A stretch of 64,000 bases of DNA, taken from positions 23,024 through 87,023 of the forward strand of contig JAUCBJ010008860.1 of assembly GCA_032718475.1 (NCBI GenBank). The letters run 5' to 3'. This document shows, one piece after another, positions 34,490 to 44,633 of the stretch; the stretch's first letter is position 1, and every line of letters starts with the position of its first letter. A program made the translations under genes and the position numbers. This DNA is from Nemertoderma westbladi. Its lineage: Eukaryota > Animalia > Xenacoelomorpha. A model generated the notes under the pieces. That model was given only the letters and a program-made list of their open reading frames with translations, searched no databases and was not told where the DNA came from.

Positions 34490-37400
34490 TTGTCGCCCGT
34501 TGTCCCTCGTCCGCTCGCTACAACGTTGGCGACTCCCGCTTCGGCGGTCGAATGGGTGGACGAGAGACGGCGGGGGATGGATATCCTGCTCGGGCAGATG
34601 CAGGAGACTGTCCAGCAATTCAAGGGCACAGTAAGGGAAAGTAAGCTAGAGTTGCAAGAAGTGCAGCAAAGTATCGCGCTCGAACGCGATAAATTAGTAA
34701 ATACACAAAAGGGTATACCACCACCCTCTGTAACAATGTGTCAACCTGTTAGGTCTGAAGTATCGCATGCGCAAGGTGTGGAGCCTACACGCATCTATAC
34801 TGCTAGCGAAGTAGAAACTCCTATAGTGAACCCTATTAAGGGTAATTATAGACCTGTTGATAATGATATTCCATATAGAACTGATCATAATCCGAGAAAT
34901 TTATATACCGATAACTCGATATTAAACAACACGATGGCCCAAGAAAGTTTTACGCGTCAAATGGCTAGAACCGAAGCCCGGCAAGCGGTAAAGGTGGGAG
35001 AGATCGTCAAGTTCAATGGAGATGAGATGAAATGGTTACCTTTTAATGAATATTACAAAGATAACATACAGAACTCTGTACTATCTAATGGAGAAAAACT
35101 TAGATACCTCATCGAGTGCTTAGAAGGATCTCCCAAGTTAATGGCGTTAAAGTTTATTGGACATCCAGACGGATTAAGACAAGTTTGGGATACACTAAAC
35201 ATCAGGTATGGTAATAGGACTAACATAGCTAGGTATTTATATGCGAAATTAATGGCGCCCCGAAAGTTTCTTAGCAGCGGGATTATAGAGTTTTCCGATG
35301 AGATTCAGGAGATCTGTAGACAACTAGATTGGTTAGGTAAGTCTCATGAATACCAGAATTCTATGGTTGTAGGAGCCTTAGCATCTACTTTGCCCAAGGG
35401 TGGAGTAGGTGCACGCTGGGATAAGAAAGTGTTATATATGATGGAACAACAACGACGAGACCCTACCATGGCTGATCTCATGTCATTCTTAGATGGAGAA
35501 GTGAAATTACAGCTCCTAAGGCAGTCCATAGAGAAGACACTGGAAAACAAGGTAAGTGAGAAACCCGTTTCTAGGAGAAGGGTAACACCAGTGTGTTATA
35601 CAGACGACGGCGAAAGCCAGACTTCTCAAGGAGAGGATAGCGGGAAAGACACTGAAAGATCTTATTATGTCAATAAAACGCCTAAAGACCAGGTAAGTAA
35701 ATTCAAGTCTCGAACCAATGACAGGAGAGAACAGGTAAGAAAAACTCCTCCTACGTCTCCCAAGAGAATTCAGGTGAGAAAGCCCGAGGAAAGAACAAGT
35801 GTGCACCACATAGCACAGGTTAAAGTAAGTAACATCAAACCGAAATGTGCGCTATGTGACGGGACCCATCGCTTAAATATGTGTGATAAATTCCTGAGGA
35901 AATCACTAAAGGATAGACGTGAAGTCATGTGGGATAAGCGGTTGTGTTATAATTGCCTCAGACGAGGACACCAACGGCGAACCTGTTACTCCGACGCAAG
36001 GTGTGCAAAGTGCGGCGCAAAACATCATATCTTGTTGCACACGGAATTCGAACGAAACAGCCCGAGTCAGGTAAGTGAGTCCGAACTACATGTCCAATTC
36101 AGTGATGTGAACGACACTGATCAATCTGAGATGGAAGGATTCTATACGGACGAGTTCTCCGACGAAAACGAATCCTGTTACTTAATAAACACCACCGCAG
36201 TGTATCGAGCACTCATGTATGAGAAAGACACAGACAGCGACCTCACCCTAACTACTTCAGATCAACAACCATCTTGGAAAGCGCCAACTTCCAATATAGG
36301 AATCCGAGAATTTCCTGTAGTCCAGTTACGGGTCCACGGACCTCAGAAGAGCTATATAGTGAACGCCCTCCTGGACTCCGGTAGCACAGGAACATTCATC
36401 GATAAAGAACTAGCCGAAGTCATCTTTGCTGGACAAACCAAGTTCCGAACCAAGCTAAACATGTCAGGGATCATGCAGGTTTGGAATTCTACTGTAGCTG
36501 CCGACTATTATATAGGTGAGTTGTCCACTCCACAGGATAAACTAGGAGAATACAGTATAAGGTCAGTCAAAATGGTGGCAATAAAGAACTTCGCTACCAC
36601 CCAAGTGGAACCTTATAATTGGGACGAAGATGATCATGCCCAACAACTTAACATTCCTAGATTCGACACCGATTATCCTGGAGTACAAATATTAATCGGT
36701 CAAAACGCGCATGAGGCGCTGGAGACATTGGACAAACGACCTGCTCAACCGCAACCACTTCAGACCTATGCGGTAAGAACTAGAGTAGGTTGGTACCTTA
36801 CTGGACCTTCCCGAAGAACGCTCAGAGAAAGACTGCTTCAAGATCGCGTCTTCCAGGTGAGTGAATGGGAAGATGATACTAGTGAGGGAGACGACCCAAC
36901 TGAGGGAACACCATACTCCTCAGATAATGACGATATTAGCTCCAAAGTAGATCAATGGAGATATTGCCCCAAGAAGTTTAATCCAACTGACATCGCTTCC
37001 AGAGGAGCAACTCCTCAAGAACTGACAGATACTACCGACCGGTTAGGTGAACCAGACTTCCTGAGTAAGGAGGATGAATGGCCTCCCCATTTTACTCCGA
37101 CTGAGATTAGACCAGCCAAGAAGAGACCGGAGAAAGTCAAACCTAAAACCCGGACGGGTGGATCGGAGTTATTTGAACCCGGGATAGATCTGTCGGTATT
37201 ACATATTGCCAGGGACGACGCCGTGGATCTGGACTTCCCCACCGCGAGTGGATCCTTCATGAAGATCAGAGAGAGCGATTGGAGCTCTGGAACATCAGAT
37301 GTCTCGCAGGGACTCTCACCTCTCCTGCAGGGAGCGACGGACCACTATAGCTCCTGGAATCGGCTTTGTAAGGCCGTCGTGTACTTAGAGCGATGTTTCT

Positions 37401-37588
37401 ATCGTCACTATTCCAGGACGAAGAGGAAACCTGGAATTGTATTCGGGATGCAGCGACTCAATCACCCAGTCGGTCGTTTGTGTTTACCGGAAGGGAATGG
37501 AGGACTCTCCGGAAACTGTGGAAGGCAAGATTCTCTTCCCACGACCACCTCCCTAATCCTTCAAACATCTAGGGACTCCATAACGTAA
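34490..37588 (+). CDS. BEL/Pao Gag (capsid-like domain, Cys/His knuckles) plus aspartic protease and an RNase H C-terminal remnant (copy 1)
   Basis: KFNGDEMKWLPF...EKLRYLIECLEG (DUF1759-like); CALCDGTH...CYNCLRRGHQRRTC...CAKCGAKHHILLH; ALLDSGS; ILIG; WRYCPKKFNPTDIASRG. Confidence 0.88.
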   Translation: MSPVVPRPLATTLATPASAVEWVDERRRGMDILLGQMQETVQQFKGTVRESKLELQEVQQSIALERDKLVNTQKGIPPPSVTMCQPVRSEVSHAQGVEPTRIYTASEVETPIVNPIKGNYRPVDNDIPYRTDHNPRNLYTDNSILNNTMAQESFTRQMARTEARQAVKVGEIVKFNGDEMKWLPFNEYYKDNIQNSVLSNGEKLRYLIECLEGSPKLMALKFIGHPDGLRQVWDTLNIRYGNRTNIARYLYAKLMAPRKFLSSGIIEFSDEIQEICRQLDWLGKSHEYQNSMVVGALASTLPKGGVGARWDKKVLYMMEQQRRDPTMADLMSFLDGEVKLQLLRQSIEKTLENKVSEKPVSRRRVTPVCYTDDGESQTSQGEDSGKDTERSYYVNKTPKDQVSKFKSRTNDRREQVRKTPPTSPKRIQVRKPEERTSVHHIAQVKVSNIKPKCALCDGTHRLNMCDKFLRKSLKDRREVMWDKRLCYNCLRRGHQRRTCYSDARCAKCGAKHHILLHTEFERNSPSQVSESELHVQFSDVNDTDQSEMEGFYTDEFSDENESCYLINTTAVYRALMYEKDTDSDLTLTTSDQQPSWKAPTSNIGIREFPVVQLRVHGPQKSYIVNALLDSGSTGTFIDKELAEVIFAGQTKFRTKLNMSGIMQVWNSTVAADYYIGELSTPQDKLGEYSIRSVKMVAIKNFATTQVEPYNWDEDDHAQQLNIPRFDTDYPGVQILIGQNAHEALETLDKRPAQPQPLQTYAVRTRVGWYLTGPSRRTLRERLLQDRVFQVSEWEDDTSEGDDPTEGTPYSSDNDDISSKVDQWRYCPKKFNPTDIASRGATPQELTDTTDRLGEPDFLSKEDEWPPHFTPTEIRPAKKRPEKVKPKTRTGGSELFEPGIDLSVLHIARDDAVDLDFPTASGSFMKIRESDWSSGTSDVSQGLSPLLQGATDHYSSWNRLCKAVVYLERCFYRHYSRTKRKPGIVFGMQRLNHPVGRLCLPEGNGGLSGNCGRQDSLPTTTSLILQTSRDSIT

Positions 37589-39244
37589 CAACATATGGAG
37601 TGGGTGTGTGACTCTATTATTTTATATTATTTTATTATTTTTATATTATGTATGTATTATTATGTAATTTTATTATAATCGTTTTCTTTAATTTCATTTA
37701 GTAGAATGTTATTTTAGCGATTATTTATTAGATTAGTGCAATATATATTCGCGTTTATTACTTAATTACGTATATATTATATTTAGTGCGACGGCGAGAA
37801 ATAATTCTTTTCCTCCTTCCTTACTGTCCGTATTGCATTACAAATACGTAACTACAGTAAGATGACATATCCGTACTTATTAAAGTACAATAAAGCCACT
37901 ACTATATTCAAGTATTATTGGTAGGCAGAGTATTAGGAATGCAAAGTTCAGATCCTCGTGTCTCGGCTAAACCAAGCTCTGGGTAGACCTTGGAAACGAC
38001 TTGCCTCTTCACACTGACATTGCTTCGTGCGATATTGCTCTCATACCGTATATTAAATAATACATATAGTAGCGTGATGTCCCTTTAACAGTAGCGTATA
38101 ACGCAAAATAAATCTGTTAAACCCTTTGACCATCTGTAATTCTAGTCGATTAAGATATCGCGGCACCCACCGATATACTTGAAAGACAAATTCTAGAATC
38201 AGTGGTTAACGTCCCCAGACATGTTCTGGAATAAATCGGTGCCCATCTCAAATATTAATTATTTAATATTTGCAAATCTAATGAGTCAAAATCTGTAAAA
38301 TTCGGATCCTTCAACAATTCTGGTCGATTGAGATATCGTAGCATTTACCGATATTCTTAAAAGGACAATTTTCATAGAATTAAGGATCTTGTGTCCCCAG
38401 ACATGTTCTAGAATCAAAATATGTCAATTTAATTATCAAATAATAAAATTTCAGGGAATAAATTTAAATTCATGCCTTTTAATGAATTTAATAAATTGCC
38501 ATTTTTACGCAATTTATAACATTCCCAAAATTCCATTAATTAATAGATCAAGGGAGCGGAGATTTATCTTATTATGCGTATGAGTGTGCGAAAGTCTCCC
38601 AAACATAGTCAATAGCCGATAAAATTCATAAAGCCATGTATAAAACAGGACATTGACCATTAAAGAATTACTATTAAATAACATCCCAGATCTGTATGCA
38701 TTGGAATTACCCTAATTCTACCGCTAGCTTTGCATAATGTCACCATAGCAACAACCACGCTAGAATTAGAATTGAGTTAAAAGAACAATAGAAAGCTTGT
38801 CCCATTGAATAGCATAGGGAATAAATAGCGCACTGCTAGTATCCAAGGATACATAATAATACAGTGACATTCTGGAAGGCATTGACTAACGGACAAATGG
38901 CCCGAGTGTGTGTAATTTGTGACAAGTTGTGTGTGTGGTATTTGTGAGTTTATAGGCGAATGTTACTACTAAGGTGTGTTTACAGTAGCGAGTCGCAATT
39001 GTGAAAGTAACCCTAACTCTCCAGTAAGAACCTGAGGTGTATCTAAGCCTTTGGGACGGACAGTCGAGTGACTTGTGCCGGTTGTCGTTGTCGTTGTGCG
39101 GCTACGTCGTTGGCGAAAGTACAGCGGCGACGACACATCGGCGCTGAGGATCTCGCACTGTCCGGGGGCTGATTGGGGTAGGCAGCGACGCCCGCTCGCC
39201 TAAATATAAACTCATTATAATATGGATAAATTTATATAGCAGAT

Positions 39245-40576
39245 ATGATTGAGTTGATAGAAGATGATCTTGGTATCAGGGAGTGATATACTCTACTTTT
39301 ACAAGCGTTTGTTGATAGCTTAATACGCGGCGACGTTAGTCCAACTGCTGCGGAGGACGATGGTCGTTATATCGAACCGCCAATGTCCCAAGAGCAGCTC
39401 ACGCGTGAGTTGGACTATAGAAAATTCGCTGCTCGATATACGCAGCGTAATGGTACGTATATGGGCTTCTTAACTATTGGCCATTCTATCGATTTACACG
39501 ATACGGACTATGTCGAACATATCCTACCCAGAGGAGTCGAAACGATAAACCAAAATTCTAATGCGAAAATCCTATTCGAAATCGACTCGAAAGAAAAGAC
39601 ATTAAAGAAACAAATAAACTCGGTAACTCCAACATATATTTGGAATTCTTGATGGAAGCATTGTAACAACAAATAAATATCATCCGCGTTTCCCCTACCA
39701 GACGTGCGTCTTTGGTATTATTACGATAAATGCCCTAGACCCAGCCAATAAACGGAAAGACATAAACATCCACGGAAACGTTGTGTTAAACACAGTTGTA
39801 CTCATTATATTTACTGGAGTTTCGAGCGAAACTTGTTTGACGTATCACCTATGCTCACTCGGCTCGAACGATCCTGGAGTAAACCTACGATCAGAGTCCC
39901 GGAATACTCGGTCAAACCTCCTCATTCCTTAGTTGGACCTCAGACCTGCGATCCTGGTGGTGTCGCGGATCCTCGCGGACTGTATTCACTGTTCAAAGAT
40001 CTAGTGCTACCCTAACAATTAATCGGTAACACTCCGACAGTGATTTCTAGCTAGCCGCCCATCTTACCTAGCCGGATTGTGACGCGGACACCTAATATCA
40101 CTATCCAACCGTATGGTCGTCCCCGTTTAACGCGATACAACCCCTCATCAAGGTGAAGGAGAGCGTTGTACGAAACGAGTTAAACGCTATTCTATAAAGA
40201 TCAAAAAAGAAACCTGCGTTTGTTCAGATAAACGTAAGTTATAACAGTAAGTCCAGTCGATAAACGAATTGGCCTTATCTCAATTCGATTGGGAAATCCA
40301 GAATCTCTAAGAAGTTATCGAACTTGGACGATCCTATTCTCTGCGAGAGTTTTTGGATGAACGTATCCAGCTACGAGCGGAGGAAAATCAGCTCGAGGAG
40401 AAGCATATCGAAACGGCAGATACCTCGACCATAATCCTACACCTTCTGATGCAATCATATTGCACCCTTCACCCAGGAGTTATGGCCCTCCTAGTAAAGT
40501 GGCTCCCCCCAAAGAGAAAAAGACTCTTGCTAGCCTCAAAAAACTGCGTAAACGCCGTCTGCGTAAGAAAGACTAA
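39245..40576 (+). pseudogene. Possible decayed accessory ORF in the 3' region of LTR element copy 1
   Basis: A run of plus-strand coding-like segments (39383-39652, 39833-40015, 40353-40576) broken by single stops or frameshifts, ending KKLRKRRLRKKD*. No family recognised. Confidence 0.35.
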
Positions 40577-40654
40577 CTGTTTAGAGTATCTTTATATTTT
40601 AGAAACTGTGATTTGTTTTATTTTATAGACTTAAATCCCATTTTCTGGGAGCGG

Positions 40655-41183
40655 TGTAAAAGCTTTTGCGTAATTAGCCGGTTATTTTCCCGTAAAGTAC
40701 TCTGTAGTTGGTTTACCAGGCATAAAAAGGCCGTGTCCTTACTGTACTGGTGTTTTAGAGGACATAAAAGTCATTTCTTCTGTATGTGTACTTTAAAGGA
40801 CATAATCCGTAATTTCGTGACGCAATAGCTGGATACTCTTGAAAACAGTGGCGCTACCATGACGACGGCTAGCAGCTGATATTGCCACGTCGACAGTTCT
40901 TTGTTTCTTTGTTCTCTCGTTGTTCGGTTGACCAATCAGAGCGTTTGTTGTCTCTGTGTTGGAGGTGTATACAGAGGCTCAGTAGTTCAGTGTTATGTTT
41001 TTGCCCAGAGCCTAAGAACCGGCTTTTGGCACCTCCGTGTTTTCAGTTTTTAGTCTTACACTAGTAGGCTTAATTATAAGGACATATATCCGTTATCATA
41101 CCATAACATAACTTACCATACCTAATCAAACAACCTGTGCATACTTTTATATTGTTATACTGCTATTTACTGTCAGTTCTTCA
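40655..41183 (+). repeat. LTR type A, second copy (529 bp)
   Basis: Near-identical to 29324-29852; preceded by the purine tract but followed by TAATATGGT rather than a TSD. Confidence 0.92.
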
Positions 41184-41192
41184 TAATATGGT

Positions 41193-41781
41193 TGTAAAAG
41201 CCTTTGCTGAATTGCCCCGTTATTTTTATTATCTTTTACATTAAAATACTCTGTAGTTGATTTAATAAGTGTAAGAGACCGTATTATTGCTGTATCGGTG
41301 TTTTTAGAGGATCTAAGACCTATTTCCTCCGTATGTGTACTGTGAAAGGCATATTTTATGATTCTATGGCAATTCGTGACGCAAAGGGGTGATAGCTACT
41401 CTTGAACAGTAGTTACTATGACTACGGTTAACAGCTGAGATTCATACGTGTTGATTTCCTTTGTTCTACGGCGTCTCTCAGTTCAGTCAGCCAATTAGAG
41501 CGTTTTTGTGGCTCCTTGTACAGAAAATTTCCGAGAAATGACGCAATGCCTATGTGCAGTGTTTACATTCAGTCCTGAGCCAAAGAAAGAACGGCTTGGA
41601 AGTATTTTGTGCTTTACTGTTTTTAGTCTTACACTAGTAGGTTTAATTATAAAGGGCATATATCCTTTAACCTAACGACTACTGCTGACTGATCATACAT
41701 CCTGACTGCTGAAACATTGCAAACTCATAACAATCAGTGTTCAGTTGTTGTTTTATACTGCTATTTACTGTCAGTTCTTCA
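41193..41781 (+). repeat. LTR type B (589 bp), diverged relative of type A
   Basis: Same termini (TGTAAAAGC...TACTGTCAGTTCTTCA), shared blocks such as TTTTTAGTCTTACACTAGTAGG, and otherwise many substitutions and indels. Confidence 0.88.
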
Positions 41782-42735
41782 TAATATGGTTGATGAATTA
41801 TTATATTTGGAATAACGATAAATAACCCCGAAACCCAATATTCTTGATATACCGAAGGTAAGAGAGAAAGGTTACCAATAACGATTGTGACTTATGTTAA
41901 AGTGGTTTGAAGTGAATCTAATGTTATTTGATAGACCCTACATGAGTCAGCCTGTGTTCCTTTTATATGTGACTAAAATCAGTGAAGATTGGCAGATTAG
42001 TGTGCAGTATTGTGCAGCATTGTGTATGAGTGAGTCTGTTAAAGAAGCAATTCCTAAAGAATGCGCCATATATGTGAATTATAATTAAGCCATATCGTTG
42101 TGAGTAGTTTAAGTCATAACTCTGTTTATATAGATAAAGCGCCACGTCCTAAAGGAACTGTTAATATTCCCGAAGGTGAATAATATTGTCAGAGATTATA
42201 TAATACTGTCAGTCGAATAATACATTAGGCTTACATAGCAATAAAATTAAACCGTCGAACCCAATCTCCCGGGAATATCCAGCGGGTGAATGGTCGCGCA
42301 CGGATTGGTTTCGACTAGTGTAGTGAATCAAATACTTGTCATAGACTAAAAACTGATTTAATATCTAGAAGACATCTTAATTTGGTGGGTTAAACTGCCA
42401 AAGGTCTGAAAGCGCGAACATTAAAGGATATAGATACTTTGTTGCAGTAAGCAATAAAGTTGAAAGTACCGGTCAACCGGTACATCTGTAGGTCAGTAGG
42501 CCCAACTGCCAGAACCGGTACCTGTAGGCCTGACTACCTAACCACCCGGACCGGTACCTACAGCAGTACAGGTACAGCAGTATTATTCGATTTTGATAAT
42601 TATATACCAGTAGGCCTTAATAATTAATCAGGGACTGCAGCCCTGGTTTTTTATTGAGATTTTTACTTATTTCTGTCAAGTTTTATTTGTTTGTAGGCCA
42701 GTATTGAACAGAAGGCGTGTAAACCTGATCAGATT

Positions 42736-43295
42736 GTACAGACAATTTGTAGGCTGAGCTGTTGTCTGATTGCTGTTAAGTCTGAACGGATTACAGTGTG
42801 TGTAGAGCACTTGTCCGATTAAGTACGGTTAGGAAGTAGGGGCAGCCAATGCGGTAAGGTAAACCCCCAACTAAAGAATAAGTCGCACTACTGGGTTAGA
42901 GCGCATACTCCCTAATCATTTCGGAGTCTGCATGTCCTGTGGTTTATTTAGGCTTGAGAGTAGTCTGCCATCGTTTAGTCTGTACTTTGTTTGTGTAAGT
43001 CTGTACGGGTAGCGTATAATTTTATTTAAATAATTTGTAGGCTGGATAGTTGTCTGGCTGTTATTAAGTCTGAACGGATTGCCGCGTGTGTAGATCATCT
43101 GTCCGATTAAGTACGATTAGGCAGTAGGGGCAGCGAACGCTGTAAGGTAAACCCCCGACTAAAGAATAAGTCGCACTACTGGGTTAGAGCGCATACTCCC
43201 TAATCATTTCGGAGTCTGCATATACCGTAGTTTGTTTAGGCTTGATAGTAGTCTGTCAGTGTTCGGTCTGTATTTTGTTTGAGTAGTTTGTACGC
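42736..43295 (+). repeat. Duplicated leader hairpin in copy 2 (period 288 bp)
   Basis: Cores at 42827 and 43115, homologous to 30770-31330. Confidence 0.85.
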
Positions 43296-44633
43296 GTAGT
43301 GTAATATTTATTATTCAGAGTTTATGCGATTATTCGCAACATTCATTCCCCAAGTTTGTTCCTACAGTAATTGTGTTTGTTATACATACCGCTATAGTTA
43401 AATTAACCCCGGTACTACACGGGCTGTTCGGCGTAGGTAAAGACTGGTGATTTTGTGCATCGGTCACTCCAGCAGATGCCGTGGTTCTTTTAGCTGTTCA
43501 AGTATATTTAACTACAGATTATCTGTTGTACAAGTACTCGTACCTAATTTAGGGTTTAGTGTACAGTACTTTCCGAAGTAATTATTGTAGGCATTATATT
43601 TGTGTTGTAAAGTGGTTGATAGGCACATTCGATTAGCTCTATTAACTTCTAGGTAGGAACACTCCGTGATACATAACGTAGAACCTATAGCGATACGGCT
43701 ATAGGTCGTCAGGCGGTGGTATTTTCCTATCTAGACAACGCAGTGTATTTACTACTACTTATTATTTCAAATACCGTAGTACTCTGTCCGTTGTAATAAC
43801 CAGTTTTCTAACCCTTTGTTAGGCTGGTTTGTAGACTTCTTGTAAAATTACCCTAAAAATTCGTATTTTGTGTTTTTGTAAATTTTTGTGTTTATTTAGA
43901 GATTGTAATCTCAACCCGAATTGTACGTAATTTGTAGTATTAAGTAACTTAGGTAAATTAGTATTATTTGTTTTAGTGTTTCATAAGTAACACTTCATTG
44001 AAAGCGCACCGCTTTGTGTAGTGATTACCCCCAGAAATAATAACATTTATTTCAAACATTGACAAAACCCATTAAAACGGGTATATATATATTATAAATC
44101 AAATCTAACGATTTATAAATAGTAGGCCTACCATACAACCATTAGGTCCCAATATCAGTTGGATCACTGCTCAAATAACGGTAATAAAGTAAGTAAAGTA
44201 ACAAAGTAACCCTAAAGTAACAGAAATTCAATTATTTGAAATAATTGATATACCGGTATTTACGATAGGCCTATTATCTTTATTTCTATAAATCTAGGCT
44301 GAAATTATACCGGTACTTGTAATTAATTCTATTTCAGAATTATATATCCTACAAACTGTAAGCTGTATACCGGTATTCCGATAGGCCTATTATATATTTA
44401 TATATATTTGTGCTAAAATTATACCGGTATTCTGTGATAAACCTAGTCTGTAATAATACTTATATAGTTATATATACTATAAGTATACCGGTATTCTAAT
44501 ATATTATATATATATCACGCTACACTGAGTAGCAGTAACGGTAATTAATTACTAGGCTAGCAGTTCATACTGAGTTACTAGACTTGCTTAGACTGTAATA
44601 TAGCAGTAGGCATTCAACTGTACATACCTAGTC

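Larger units (their letters stand above)
29324..41183 (+). mobile_element. BEL/Pao LTR retrotransposon copy 1, non-autonomous (Gag-protease only), ~11.9 kb
   Basis: Two 529-bp TG...CA LTRs, a short purine tract GGGAGCGG before the second LTR, and a BEL-type Gag/PR ORF. No RT or integrase motifs were found between the LTRs. Confidence 0.9.
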
